Below are positions 37,031-48,300 of a stretch of DNA of 64,000 bases, piece after piece. The notes below the pieces were generated by a model. The model was given only the letters and a program-made list of their open reading frames with translations, ran no database searches and was not told the DNA's origin. This stretch comes from Bacteroidales bacterium UBA1208 (GTDB taxonomy: Bacteria; Bacteroidota; Bacteroidia; Bacteroidales; P3): contig DBXQ01000102.1 in assembly GCA_002309955.1 (NCBI GenBank), positions 32,096-96,095 of the forward strand. The letters are read 5' to 3'. The stretch's first letter is position 1; every line of letters begins with the position of its first letter. A program made the translations under genes and the position numbers.

Positions 37031-38461
37031 TTGCGGTTTTTGGGCATTGTGCTCATGGTCGAGGGACTCATGATATTGAGTTGCCTCATACCCGCATTGC
37101 ATTTCTCCGACGGCACCTGGGAACAGATAGCCCTCTCGGGATTGTTTACCTTTTTCGTCGGACTGCTGCTCAAAGTCCGATTCCGTCGGGCACGAACCAT
37201 GCACAACCGTCGCATGGCCTATCTGCTGGTGGTCTTGATGTGGGTCGTATTAGGCCTTTTCGGCACCCTGCCCTTCCTCACCACAGGCACACTCATCCAT
37301 TTCCCCGACGCCTTGTTTGAATCTATGTCGGGCATTACCTCCACCGGGGCCACCGTCTTCTCGGCAGTCGAATGGCTTCCCTCGTCCATTCTCCTGTGGC
37401 GCAGCATGACCCAGTGGTTCGGTGGCTTTGGCATAGTGTTGCTTGTCCTTGCCCTTGTGCCCTCCATGGGAATCAACAAATACAGCCTCTACACAGCTGA
37501 AGCCTCTGGAGCCGACAATACTGGCAAACAGTCCTCAACCATGGGCTCCACCGTGCGTCACACCCTCGGTGTTTACATTCTCCTTACCTTCCTCTTCATC
37601 TTCCTGCTCTACAAAAGCGGTATGCACATCTGGGACGCTGTCAACATCACCTTCACCAACATCTCCTCGGGCGGATTCTCCATCTACAACAACAGCCTCC
37701 AAGGTCTTACCCACCTGCAGCAATACATCGTCGCACTGGCCATGCTCCTCAGCGGTGTCAACTTTGCCCTGCTTTTCAACTTCTTCACCTTCCGTTGGGA
37801 TAAGCTCAGCCACAAACTTGAACAGTTCCTTTTCTATCTCTGCACCGTAGTCGCAGCCTCTCTGTTCGTAATCTGCGCATTGGTCTTCGCCATGGGCTAC
37901 AGCTGGGGCGACGCCATCCGCAATGGCTTGGTGCAGACCATCAGCGTCATAACCACTTCCGGCTCCCTTGTTGCCGACACCTCGCAATGGTGGGTGCCCG
38001 TCTCCTTCCTCTTCGTTGTATTGTCCCTCTGCGGTGCAATGGCTGGCTCCACCACGGGCGGACTCAAAGCCATGCGCGTACTTATACTGGTGAGGCACGT
38101 GCGCAAGATACTGCGCGACCGCCTGCACCCCCAGTCTGTCAACCCCGTCAGGCTTAACGGCAAACCTGTCTCGTCACACATCGTCACCAACGTGATGGTC
38201 ATCTTCATGGTCTTTGTGATGGTCATCTTCATCGGCATCATGCTGCTTATGCTCAGCGGCATCAATGCTACCGAATCCATCGGAGCGGTCATTGCCTGCA
38301 TCACCGGGTATGGTCCCGGGCTCGGTATCAGCGGTGGCTTTGGCTGTTATGCCCATTTCACCACTCCCGCCAAACTCATCTGCTCACTCCTCATGCTAAT
38401 GGGGCGCCTCGAATGTCTCACTGTACTTATCCTCTTCATCCCCGCTTTCTGGAAGAAATAA
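37031..38461 (+). CDS. trkH: TrkH-family potassium transporter (paralog 2, TTG start)
   Basis: Same architecture: SGITSTGAT, NISSGGF, ITTSGS and AGSTTGGLK. No in-frame ATG or GTG lies upstream before the stop at 36998. Confidence 0.85.
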   Translation: MRFLGIVLMVEGLMILSCLIPALHFSDGTWEQIALSGLFTFFVGLLLKVRFRRARTMHNRRMAYLLVVLMWVVLGLFGTLPFLTTGTLIHFPDALFESMSGITSTGATVFSAVEWLPSSILLWRSMTQWFGGFGIVLLVLALVPSMGINKYSLYTAEASGADNTGKQSSTMGSTVRHTLGVYILLTFLFIFLLYKSGMHIWDAVNITFTNISSGGFSIYNNSLQGLTHLQQYIVALAMLLSGVNFALLFNFFTFRWDKLSHKLEQFLFYLCTVVAASLFVICALVFAMGYSWGDAIRNGLVQTISVITTSGSLVADTSQWWVPVSFLFVVLSLCGAMAGSTTGGLKAMRVLILVRHVRKILRDRLHPQSVNPVRLNGKPVSSHIVTNVMVIFMVFVMVIFIGIMLLMLSGINATESIGAVIACITGYGPGLGISGGFGCYAHFTTPAKLICSLLMLMGRLECLTVLILFIPAFWKK

Positions 38462-38557
38462 AATTGAATGCGTTAATCCGTGAATCGATTGAGTCCGTTA
38501 ATTCGTTAACTTGTGAATTGATATACTCATTCACATGTCAACACATTCATGCAGTCG

Positions 38558-38985
38558 ACCCAAATCGGTCATTAGGCTAAGCAGGTCTCTGGCAGAGGCC
38601 GTCCAGAAGCAAAGCGGTGACATGTGGAATGAAAAGTCTTATAATGACCGTTTTATTCTGTTCCCCGTCTCGATGACCGATAGGAACCCGGCTGCACTTC
38701 CTTCGCTCCTTAGTCCTCAGTTCTCCCATCGTTCTCCCATCGTTTTCCCATATCAGAAGGAGAACTGGGGTATAACGGAGGTCGATGGGTGGGTGAACGA
38801 GCAAATCAGGGGCGGTGCGAAAGGGACCCGGGTGCAGGTTGGGGAGGATTCGCGGGAAATGGTGTGTGTTGAAAAGGAATGACGGAAATGGCGGCGCTGC
38901 TTTTGTTATGTCCGGACAACGAGAAGCCGAAGTAACCCAAAGGGGACTTCTATGAACCGCCCTGAAATGGTATATCGAATATAGT
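38558..38985 (+). repeat. Dispersed repeat copy B (left TIR present, right end missing or diverged)
   Basis: It begins acccaaatcggtcattaggctaag and is collinear with copy A through gggacttc.atgaa.cgcc.tgaaa. The hairpin core lies at 38715-38770. Confidence 0.6.
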
Positions 38986-39056
38986 CAGTTGATAAGTTGA
39001 TATGTTTATCCGTTGATACGTGGTTCGCATCGTTAAACATATCAACATTCACACAT

Positions 39057-39719
39057 TCAAAAGCTATAGTGCATGGGATGCAGATTCTTTACCCGTATGG
39101 TCTTGAGCAACTGGAGCGGGCCGCGAAGCATCTCCTGACCCAAGCGGGGGTCGACAGGGAACATGGCATGATCCAGCTCGGGATAGTCGCGCTTGATGTC
39201 GCGGAGGATGGAAAGGAAAAGTTTCTCCATCTGGTCGGGAGTAACCCTGACACGGTCTATGTCGGAAGGGTCGGAACTCATGGGGAAATACCAATTATTG
39301 CAATCGCCGGCATGAAAGAGTGTCGTGCCGTCGCGAAGTTTGAGCACAGTGCAGACCCCTACATCTGTTGAGCGGTAGGAAGTAAGCAGGAAATGGGGCG
39401 TCTCGACGTGCTCGCCGAAACGCAATATGGCCAGCGGAAGCGTCTTGTCGATACGACGGCGGCGCACTGTGTCGTACGATGGCAGCAAGTGCCACCCCGC
39501 ATGCGCGGCACACCAGCCTGCAATCTCTGGGTTATAATGGTCCTCATGGAAATGCGAGACGATGAAATAAACCTCCTTCCCCTCAGCGTTGTCCAAAAGA
39601 AGTTTCAATTCGCCTTGGGGGTCGCGCCAATAATCGAAGACGATAAGGCAATCCTCCTCTTCGGCCACAAAACAGCTGTGTCGGATATAGTGTAGCTGCA
39701 TAGCGGAACGCAGGTTCAA
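39057..39719 (-). CDS. MBL-fold metallo-hydrolase
   Basis: SHFHEDH (HxHxDH) motif. 220 aa. Confidence 0.7.
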   Translation of the reverse strand: MNLRSAMQLHYIRHSCFVAEEEDCLIVFDYWRDPQGELKLLLDNAEGKEVYFIVSHFHEDHYNPEIAGWCAAHAGWHLLPSYDTVRRRRIDKTLPLAILRFGEHVETPHFLLTSYRSTDVGVCTVLKLRDGTTLFHAGDCNNWYFPMSSDPSDIDRVRVTPDQMEKLFLSILRDIKRDYPELDHAMFPVDPRLGQEMLRGPLQLLKTIRVKNLHPMHYSF

Positions 39720-40117
39720 GGTTTGGGGACGAAGTCAATCATAATAGCCCGTTCGTCGAAATGGATGTCCTTCAGGGTAATGCGGTCGAACACGGGTGAG
39801 AGTTGCGGACTCTTGCCCAAGGCAAGCATCAAGCGGTTGCCGTCGAGAATGTCAAGCAAGTCAGCCCCCAGCTGTTTCTTGAACTGGCCGAGAGCCGTGC
39901 GCACCATAAACTCGATGCCTGCTCCCCCTCCGTAAGAAAGGAAGATATCGCTGCCGTTGATACGGTCCACATTGATATCCAGCCCTACGGCACCCATCAA
40001 AGGCACTTTGTATGATATGCGGAGGGTGTGAGGGCCGCCGAAGGCAAGGGGAAGTTCTTTTCCGGTCTTTTCGAGAATGAGTTGTGAGACTTCGCTATAG
40101 GTAAGATTGAATTGCAT
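39716..40117 (-). CDS. Hypothetical protein
   Basis: I start it at ATG 40115-40117 (MQFNLTYSEV...). A 4-nt overlap with the downstream MBL gene suggests co-translation. Confidence 0.5.
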   Translation of the reverse strand: MQFNLTYSEVSQLILEKTGKELPLAFGGPHTLRISYKVPLMGAVGLDINVDRINGSDIFLSYGGGAGIEFMVRTALGQFKKQLGADLLDILDGNRLMLALGKSPQLSPVFDRITLKDIHFDERAIMIDFVPKP

Positions 40118-40176
40118 GGAATGTCGTTTTTTATAGTTTTTTTCGGCAGAATAACGTGTAATTGGAAAAAAAATTG

Positions 40177-40184
40177 TATTTTTG
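40177..40184 (+). promoter_or_regulatory. Bacteroidota -7 promoter box
   Basis: TATTTTTG, 28 nt upstream of the ATG at 40212. Confidence 0.45.
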
Positions 40185-40211
40185 CACATTGAAATAAAAT
40201 CAATATAGACT

Positions 40212-40547
40212 ATGAAAGTTAAGGAACTTGTAGAGAAATTGAATTTAAAGGTGCTGTCGGGTGCCGAAGGACTGGATCGCGAAATAGAGGGCTGCTACGT
40301 GTCGGATTTGCTCAGCGATGTGATGGGCAACGCCGAGATGGGCAATGTGTGGGTGACGCTGCAGGTGCATAAGAATGTGATGGCTATCGCCTCGTTGAAG
40401 GAATTGGCCTGTGTGATTTTGGTGAAAGGACAGACTGCCTCGGAGGACACGCTGGAGCAGAGCAACGAGGAAGGTATCCCGTTTCTCAGCACCACCATGG
40501 AGACTTTTGAGACGGCAGGCAAGATATACGAGTGCCTGAAAGGATAA
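40212..40547 (+). CDS. DRTGG domain protein (second copy)
   Basis: MKVKELVEKLNLKVLSGAEGLDREI.GCYVSDLLSDVMG. It is clearly paralogous to 754-1095. Confidence 0.7.
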   Translation: MKVKELVEKLNLKVLSGAEGLDREIEGCYVSDLLSDVMGNAEMGNVWVTLQVHKNVMAIASLKELACVILVKGQTASEDTLEQSNEEGIPFLSTTMETFETAGKIYECLKG

Positions 40548-40621
40548 TAAAGTTTCGAGGGTTAAGGAGACATGATAAAAGCTTCTTGATGCTTGAATCT
40601 TGATTCATAACATCCGCAAAG

Positions 40622-41395
40622 ATGACTCCGTTTAAGGCCGACTTGCATATTCACACGGTGCTGTCGCCCTGTGGCGATTTGGAGATGAGCCCGTCGGCCA
40701 TCGTCCAACGGGCGTTGGCGCGCGGGCTGGACATGATTGCCATCAGCGACCACAATACCACAAGGCAGGTGAAGGTGACACAGAAAATAGGGCGCGACAA
40801 CGGCCTGTTTGTGTTGGGTGGTGTCGAGGTGACCTCGCAGGAAGAGGCTCACTGTTTGGCTTATTTCGAAACCGATGAACAACTGGACGAGTTCCAGGAG
40901 TTCTTGGATGCCCATTTGCCGCCTATCCCCAACGACGAGGATCGTTTCGGCTATCAGCTTATCGTGGACGAGAACGATGAGATTGTGGGGGAGGAGGAGT
41001 ACCACTTGCTTAACGGCATTGATGTGGATATCGACGGTATATATGAGGAGGTGCACCGTATTGGTGGTTTGTTTGTTCCGGCGCATGTGAACAAGGGCAC
41101 CACTTCGTTGACCAGCCAGTTGGGTTTTGTCCCCCCGGATTTAAGGGCAGACGGGCTGGAGATAAACCGTTTCACCACGAAGGAGGAGATGCTGAAGAAA
41201 TTCGCTTATTTGAAGCGGTTTAATTTCATCACCGACAGCGATGCGCATTTTATTGACAACATCGGCGACGTGTATAATGTGATATATATGGAACACCGCA
41301 CGTTTGATGAGTTCCGCAAGGCACTGAAAGGCGAGGATGGCCGCTATATAGACACAATGGCTTTCCGCACAGCACCGCTGAAGAAGATATTATAG
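40622..41395 (+). CDS. PHP-domain phosphoesterase
   Basis: ADLHIHTVLSPCGD, AISDHNT and a later DSDAH metal-ligand motif. Confidence 0.8.
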   Translation: MTPFKADLHIHTVLSPCGDLEMSPSAIVQRALARGLDMIAISDHNTTRQVKVTQKIGRDNGLFVLGGVEVTSQEEAHCLAYFETDEQLDEFQEFLDAHLPPIPNDEDRFGYQLIVDENDEIVGEEEYHLLNGIDVDIDGIYEEVHRIGGLFVPAHVNKGTTSLTSQLGFVPPDLRADGLEINRFTTKEEMLKKFAYLKRFNFITDSDAHFIDNIGDVYNVIYMEHRTFDEFRKALKGEDGRYIDTMAFRTAPLKKIL

Positions 41396-41493
41396 ATTTG
41401 ATGATGTAGGGCGGATGGGGAATCTGCTATGGTGTGGTGATTGTGCACGGTCGGAAGCGCCTGCTAAGTCTGGCAGTCCCACTTTTTTCGGTA

Positions 41494-41967
41494 TTATTCG
41501 TTGTGGTAGGGTTCGTGATGTAGGATGGTGAAGGCACGGTAGAGTTGTTCAACAAAGAAAAGCCGTACCATCTGGTGGTTGAAGGTCATCTGGGAGAGGG
41601 AGACTTTGTCGTGTGCGGCGGTGTAAACCGAGGGGGCGAAACCGAAAGCTCCACCAATGACAAAGACAAGATTGCGGATGCCGGCGTTCATCTGTTTTTG
41701 CAGATACTGGGAGAATCCCACGGAGGTATGTTCTTTGCCGTGTTCGTCAAGGAGGACGATGCGGTCAGCTCCTTCCAGACGTTTGAGCAGCAAGAGGGCT
41801 TCGCGTTCTTTTATTTCTTCGGCCGACGCTCCTTTTTGGTCTTTCAAGGCAGGGATGACTTCGATTTCGAAGTTGACATAGTGACGCAAGCGTTTCACGT
41901 AGATGTCAATGCCTTCCTGTAGGTAGGGCTGGTCGGTCTTCGATATGACAATTAATTTAATGTTCAC
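41494..41967 (-). CDS. rlmH: 23S rRNA (pseudouridine1915-N3)-methyltransferase
   Basis: 157 aa SPOUT fold, with Y..R.......E..E and a C-terminus ..LY RAFTILHHEPYH. Confidence 0.9.
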   Translation of the reverse strand: MNIKLIVISKTDQPYLQEGIDIYVKRLRHYVNFEIEVIPALKDQKGASAEEIKEREALLLLKRLEGADRIVLLDEHGKEHTSVGFSQYLQKQMNAGIRNLVFVIGGAFGFAPSVYTAAHDKVSLSQMTFNHQMVRLFFVEQLYRAFTILHHEPYHNE

Positions 41968-41985
41968 AGTTTGGGTCTCCTTTTT

Positions 41986-42918
41986 TTAGTTCTCCACTTT
42001 CTTTTTTAGCAAATGGCGTATCAACGGGTGGCGGTAATGAACCACACGTGGGTAGGTGACGGGATGTGCGCCGTAAAGACTGTATGAGAAGGCGATTCCG
42101 GCATCCATGCTTCCTTCAAAGTCGAAGGCTTTGGTGCGGGTACATAGCCGTTGGATAATCATCCAGAAGAGGAGCGGGGAGGCTCCGTTGTGGTGTCCTT
42201 GGGGGTTGAGAGCAGACAGGAGAGAATAAGCACATTGTTTGTCGTAAGCAACAAAGCGTGCAGCGTGTAGCCGACCTGCTTCGTCACGCACTCCAAGTAG
42301 TATGCCTTGACTGCGGGAGAGTGCTGAATGAATGGTCCGGGAGATAAACGTCTCCGACAAAGTGTCTTTCTGGCCACGCGATTCCCAATACTTGACGTGG
42401 AAACGGGCAAAGGCTTCGGGAGTAAGGTCGTCGACAGGCGACAAGACCTTGGCGGCACGATGGATGGGACGTTGGCGACGTTGTTTGTCGAAACCGTCGA
42501 ACACTGCTTGAGGGTTGGATATGTCTTCTATGCGGTAGGTGCGGCGTTCGGTGTATTCAAAGCCTTTCCAACATGGCAACCCGTTCACAGACGGGGAAAA
42601 GTTCTGTGCAAAGAACAAGAAATTGTGTTGGTGCAGTGCTGTTGACAGTTGTTGTGAGGCTTGTTCGATGTCGGCATCCTGACGATACCACGGGCCGTTG
42701 TATTGTGTCAGCTGCGGCTGGAGTACATATTTCATGCCCCATCGTGAGCCTTCTAAATAGGGTAAGGCTGCGACAATTTCCCCACCGGGACTGTAGGCCA
42801 ATGCTACATCCCATTGTTTCCCATCGCATACGGTATTCATCCACCAATATTGCAAAAACAGAGGAATCACGGATTCCTCTGTCTTGCACAATTCTTTGTA
42901 TTTTTCTTTGTTGTTCAA
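41986..42918 (-). CDS. FemAB-like / GNAT-superfamily acyltransferase (tentative)
   Basis: 310 aa. The N-terminus ...IPLFLQYWWMN.VC.GKQWDV resembles Bacteroidales proteins annotated GNAT (Acetyltransf_6). I could not verify this. Confidence 0.45.
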   Translation of the reverse strand: MNNKEKYKELCKTEESVIPLFLQYWWMNTVCDGKQWDVALAYSPGGEIVAALPYLEGSRWGMKYVLQPQLTQYNGPWYRQDADIEQASQQLSTALHQHNFLFFAQNFSPSVNGLPCWKGFEYTERRTYRIEDISNPQAVFDGFDKQRRQRPIHRAAKVLSPVDDLTPEAFARFHVKYWESRGQKDTLSETFISRTIHSALSRSQGILLGVRDEAGRLHAARFVAYDKQCAYSLLSALNPQGHHNGASPLLFWMIIQRLCTRTKAFDFEGSMDAGIAFSYSLYGAHPVTYPRVVHYRHPLIRHLLKKKVEN

Positions 42919-42989
42919 ATTTGTTGATTTGCGGATTTGTGGACTTCCCGTGCCGGTGGAGGGTATAGGAATCGGAGAGGATGTGTGGC

Positions 42990-44063
42990 TTATTGGATGA
43001 CTACGGTGACGCGGTTGTTTGCCATGCGTCCGCTGAGGGTGTTGTTGTCGCCCACGGGGTCGTCTTCGCCTTTGTAAAGCACTTCGATGCGGTGTTCGTC
43101 AATGCCGCGCAATACCAGGGCTTTCTTCACTTCGACGGCACGTTGGCGCGAGAGACCTGTATTGTAGGTTTCTGTTCCTACGTTGTCGCAATAGCCTGTC
43201 ACAAGCACTTCGAGACCTTTCTCCTGTTTCAGATAGGCAGCCAATTCGTCCAACTCGGATACGTAGGATGCTTGTATTGTTGCATCGTTAGGGAAGAATT
43301 TGATTTCGGGGAATGACTTGGAGCCTTGAGCTGCGCTGGGCAACAGGTCGATCTTCTTGGAACTGAAGTCGAATATCAGTCCCACGCGGATGAGATCGTC
43401 GGTGGGTTGTTCTTCGAGATAGTAGGCTTCGTCTTTCCAGTAACGCCAGTCGATTTCGGCCACTTTGTAGCTTACTTTGTTTTTCATCTGTTTTTCGATG
43501 AGGATGTCGCGGAAGTAGTCGAGCGAAATGACGGCTTCCATTTGGGCTTTTGCCACCAGTTCGTCGCGCAGGTCTTGGTCTTTAACCGAGGGGTTGACGG
43601 CAAAGACAGCGCAGAGGTGCATGGGTATACGGCCGGCACTGGAGAGGTAGTCCATCACAGGGTCTAATTTGCCCCAGTCGCGCTCTTTGTCACGTTCCCA
43701 TTTGAGGGTACGGAACCGGTTGTAGTCATAGTCGATGAAATAAAAGGTCTTGGCATCGAAAGAGGTGAATTTCCAAACTGTGTCATAGGCAGACTCGCGC
43801 ACTTTGTGTTTGCCCGAGGGGTCTATGATGGGTTCGGTTTTCTTGCCTTTTTTGTTTGCAGCGGTGTTGGTGACTTGCTCGTAGAGGCCACCAAGGGTGG
43901 GGTGCCAGCTGGTGTCAACTGTGCGACCGAGCCATTGACGTTTGTTTTCGCCGTCTTTGGCTATGTCTGTTGTGGGTCTCTTTTTACGATACTGAGCCTG
44001 AACGTTGTTGGCCGGTATGAGCAGCAGCACAGCCACAAAGATTATTAAAAAATGTTTCTTCAT
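42990..44063 (-). CDS. OmpA-family protein
   Basis: Signal peptide MKKHFLIIFVAVLLLIPANNVQAQ. The C-terminal OmpA_C motif is VTGYCDNVGTETYNTGLSRQRAVEVK..L...G......I......GEDDP...N.T..GRMANNRV. Confidence 0.8.
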   Translation of the reverse strand: MKKHFLIIFVAVLLLIPANNVQAQYRKKRPTTDIAKDGENKRQWLGRTVDTSWHPTLGGLYEQVTNTAANKKGKKTEPIIDPSGKHKVRESAYDTVWKFTSFDAKTFYFIDYDYNRFRTLKWERDKERDWGKLDPVMDYLSSAGRIPMHLCAVFAVNPSVKDQDLRDELVAKAQMEAVISLDYFRDILIEKQMKNKVSYKVAEIDWRYWKDEAYYLEEQPTDDLIRVGLIFDFSSKKIDLLPSAAQGSKSFPEIKFFPNDATIQASYVSELDELAAYLKQEKGLEVLVTGYCDNVGTETYNTGLSRQRAVEVKKALVLRGIDEHRIEVLYKGEDDPVGDNNTLSGRMANNRVTVVIQ

Positions 44064-44199
44064 TGTTGTTTGTTTATCTGTTGATGTGTTTATCTGTTTT
44101 TCACGGGTTTTAAGTTTTAAAGGTTATAGAGGTGTGCTGACCTTTTTGACTTTAAACCTTTTCAACCTTTCGAACCCTTATAACGCAGCAAAGGCGATT

Positions 44200-44877
44200 T
44201 TATTGTTGTGGGTCGAAAAGTGAACCGTTTTCGCACACGAGCATGCGCGACTGGAATTTGTCGATCATCATGAAATCGTGCGAGGAAATGAGCATTGTCG
44301 TCCCTGTTTGCTGGTTGATGTTGACCAAGAGTTGCATGATGTCGGACGAGGTAGCGGGGTCAAGGTTCCCTGTAGGCTCGTCGGCAAGGATGAGGCTTGG
44401 ATTGTTTATCAATGCACGGGCTATGCCCACCCGTTGTTGTTCGCCTTCGGAGAGTTGGAATACGGAAGCATGGGCTTTGTCTTCTATTCCTACGGCTTTT
44501 AATGTATTTGTTATTTGTGTTTCCATCTCAGACCGTTTCCAACCGGTGGCTTGCAGTACGAACGAGAGGTTGTCGTGTACGTTTCGGTCTTTTAGCAGAC
44601 GGAAATTTTGGAAGACAACACCCACTTTGCGGCGTAGCATGGGGATGTGGCGGTGTTTGATGTGCATAAGGTCGTAGCCGCATACACTGGCCTCCTCTCC
44701 GCTTTCAATATCGTGGTCGGCATAGAGTGTTCGGAGAAGCGAAGTCTTCCCCGCACCGCTCCTTCCAATGAGATAAACGAACTCACCGGGCTTTACAGTC
44801 AGGTTGACATGAGTGAGGAGTGGACCGTCTTCATGGCTGATAGCCACATCCTTTAGCGATATGATAGGTGTTTCCAT
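44200..44877 (-). CDS. ftsE: Cell-division ABC ATPase FtsE
   Basis: Walker [12 protein letters not shown], signature LSEGEQQRV, Walker [13 protein letters not shown]. 225 aa. Confidence 0.85.
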   Translation of the reverse strand: METPIISLKDVAISHEDGPLLTHVNLTVKPGEFVYLIGRSGAGKTSLLRTLYADHDIESGEEASVCGYDLMHIKHRHIPMLRRKVGVVFQNFRLLKDRNVHDNLSFVLQATGWKRSEMETQITNTLKAVGIEDKAHASVFQLSEGEQQRVGIARALINNPSLILADEPTGNLDPATSSDIMQLLVNINQQTGTTMLISSHDFMMIDKFQSRMLVCENGSLFDPQQ

Positions 44878-44897
44878 AGTGACTATTTTTCAAATTG

Positions 44898-44905
44898 CAA
44901 AAGTA
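44898..44905 (-). promoter_or_regulatory. Bacteroidota -7 promoter box
   Basis: TACTTTTG on the minus strand, 21 nt upstream of the start at 44877. Confidence 0.4.
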
Positions 44906-45366
44906 CTATTTTTTTTCCTATAAAAGGAAAAGTGCATGTCTTTTTTTTCACGTATGGTTGTTGATTGTCGAAAGAGACATTCTTGCTTTAGATCTGTTTG
45001 CCCTTCATTGGGTGAGTCAAGGGTTGTAAAGCGTGTTCTTGAACCCGAAAAAATCATAATTGTTGTTAAAATAGTGTAACAAAATCGTTTTTTTGTGTCT
45101 TATTGGGCAAAAAGGCAATGCAATCAAAGAAAGTTAAAAATATTTAAATAGTGTTAAACAGGGGTATCAAAAACGGGGGTAAGGACTCTTTATAGCGTGA
45201 GGGGGCGAAAAAAGTTGATGTGTTTAACGACTTGCATAATATCAATGTATCATCGGATAACATATCAGCAGGTAAGCATGGAGAAACGATAACGAACGAA
45301 ATAATTTCGAGGATCCTTTAAAAATAAAAATAGTAAACAATTGATGAACAATAAAAATCACCAACA

Positions 45367-48300
45367 ATGAAAAGCATAAGATTATTTTTATGTCTGACCC
45401 TGTTTTTGTCAGGCTTTGCATGGGGACAAGCACCTACGTCGGATACTATCCTCATTGGTGACACGACGCACATGTATCTAACACCCGGCAACTTCCGGCT
45501 GCCCTGCGTGCACTTCTCTACCAGCTATACCCAACAACTGGTACAAAAAAGCGAACTGAACGGAGAGGCGATGATTACTGGTATCGACCTCTACTGCGGT
45601 ACGCCGAGTAGCATAGGCTGCCCGGGATGCACCATTTATCTGGCCAACACCTACGTCTCCAGCATGGGGGTGGGAATGGTGGGCTTCGGCCCCTTGTTCC
45701 AGCAGGTGTTGGTGGACTCGCTTGTCTGTACTCAGGGCTGGAACCACTACGAATTCGACACGCCTTTCCACTATACCGGCCTCGGCAACTTGATTATTGC
45801 TGCGGACTGCCCGAATGGTTGGAGTGGGGGCAATTTCTATTGTGACCAGAGGGGTATCCTTGATTCAAGGTATACATACACACGTTTGGCCGATATTACT
45901 CCGTCCACCATCACTACGGCTATGTCTGGACGCAATATTATGCGACTGCACACCCAGACTGTTTCCACAACAGTCCCCACTTGTCCGGCACCCACGCTGA
46001 GGGTGGACTCGCTTGGCTCTACGGCAGTGAAGATGATATGGAGTCCCGGCTATCAGGATACGTCGTGGACAGTGGAATGCATCACCGACGGTGACACGGC
46101 TTGGCGTAATAGTGGCTTGGTGTGGGGCGATACGACGTACACTATGACTGGCCTTACCCCCAATACCAATTACACATTCCGTCTCACTTCTTTTTGCACC
46201 GACACCTTTAGCACGGTGCTGAAGCATGTGCTTACCAACTGCACCCCGACGGTGTTGCCATACGCCGAGAATCTGGAGAGTTCGTGGTCCATTCCCAACT
46301 GCTGGTTTGTTGCGCCCGGCACGGAAGGGGATGTGCCGATTGTTTCTTCAAGGTTCAGTCATACGGGATCGCATGCATTGCATCTGAAGGGCGGTGCTGT
46401 GGTGCTGCCTGAATTCGATGCGGCACCCGACAGTCTGGAGCTATACTTTTGGGCCAAGAGTAATGGCGGCTCCAATCGTAACCTGTATGTAGGCTTGGTG
46501 ACTGACCCGTTGGACATGTCTTCCTTTGTGCCATTGGACACGGTGTCATGCTACTCGAGTTGGATTCCGGTAGCGGTTCGGACGAACCGTTACTCCCGGT
46601 CATCGGGACGTCTGGCCATTGTTACCGCCGGCCCATTGAACACCCATTTGTACATTGACGACATAGAGGTGAGCCACATTGTGCCCTGCGAGGCACTGTC
46701 GGTGGCAACAGTGGACTGGAAGACCGACACAGCTGCATTAGTACGCTGGGTGGACACCGTAGGAGCGGTCTATTATGATGTGGCATACGGACCAACTGGT
46801 TTTGTGCCGGATTCTACTACTATCGTCACTGATGTGCGTACCGACAGTTTGCTGTTGACAGGTCTGACACCCTATACACAGTACGATGTGTATGTGCGTC
46901 CCGAGTGCGGAAGCTTCACTACGCACTGGTCGCCAGTGATGACTTTCCGCACTTTCTGCACCCCGTTGGACACACTGCCCTACTTCGATAACTTCGACTC
47001 CTATACTGGCAATCCCAAGCCTCCCGCAATCCCCTGTTGGCGTGGGCACGCGGGTATGAACACCTGCGTGGTGACCTATACCCTCAGCCATTCCGGCTCG
47101 CAGGTCTTGCGGTGGGACTACGAAGATAACCAGTACGCTGTTCTTCCGTCCATCAACACTGCGGCCAACCCACTCCGCACCTTGCAGCTCTCCTTCTGGG
47201 CTTGCAACGATATGTACAATGACACGGATGTCCGCCTCTTGGTAGGAGTAATGACCGACCCAGATGTGGACTCCACTTTCCATGCAATCGACACCGTAAC
47301 CATTACTGGGGTTGATTGGCACCGCTACGATATACCTCTCAGCTCCTATACCGGCACAGGTGCCTATATTACGTTGAGAAGTATCTCCGACTCCTATCGT
47401 TATGCTTATATTGATGATTTAATGATTGATTTGTTACCACCCTGCCCGAGCGTGACGGGAATGGCTGTTACAGGCCTTACTGCCACCTCGGTGACGGTGG
47501 GGTGGGATCCAGTGTCCGGTGCTGATAGTGGTACGGTGTGGCAGACATTTATCGACACCGCTGCCACGGCGACACCTGTATCCGACACATCAGTCCTTTA
47601 TTCATCAGCTTATACTTTTTCCGGACTTACGACCGAAACGCCCTATTATGTGTGGGTTCGTGCCATCTGTCCCAAGGGTGACACCTCGGCATGGGAAGGC
47701 CCCATGCAGGTAGTCCCCGGCATCTGGAACATGCGTGCCAACCGTAGCGACACCCTCACCATGTGCGGAGTGACACTCTACGACGACGGTGGCTCCAATG
47801 GCGATTTCACCTCCCAGCATTCCTCGTTGGTCATCCTGCCCGACATGCCCGGCCATCTGGTCAGCATTAGCGGCTATTGCAACATCGGCGGGAGTTCCTC
47901 CCTCACCATCTACGACGGTGTCGGCACCTCGGGCCGTCCCCTTTGGGTCAGGACCCTCAACTACAGTTCAGCCATCAACTTAGGTCCCATCATTTCCGAG
48001 ACGGGCGCCCTCACCATCGATTTCGATGGCTACACTCCTTTCTCCATGTACTACGAGGGTTTTGAGCTGCAAGTCAGCTGTGTCCCCGACACCTGCATCA
48101 TCCATCAGCTGATGCTCAACCCCACAGTGCCCGCCTCCGATTCCACTCTCGCGCTCACATGGCAGTGCAACGGTGCTTCATCCTACGAGGTGGAATACGG
48201 CTCTGTAGGCTTCACTCCCGGCACGGGAACAAGTGTCTCCACAGCCACTAACAGCCTTGCCATCATCGGCCTCACCAGCCTTGCCCGTTGCGAGGTGCAT

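Noticed and set aside
38462-39056. Possible long target-site duplication flanking repeat copy B (atgtcaacacattca at about 38535 versus atatcaacattcacacattca at about 39040).
   Set aside because: The similarity is short and lies in low-complexity (ttgata/ttcaca) sequence. I cannot distinguish it from chance without the empty site.
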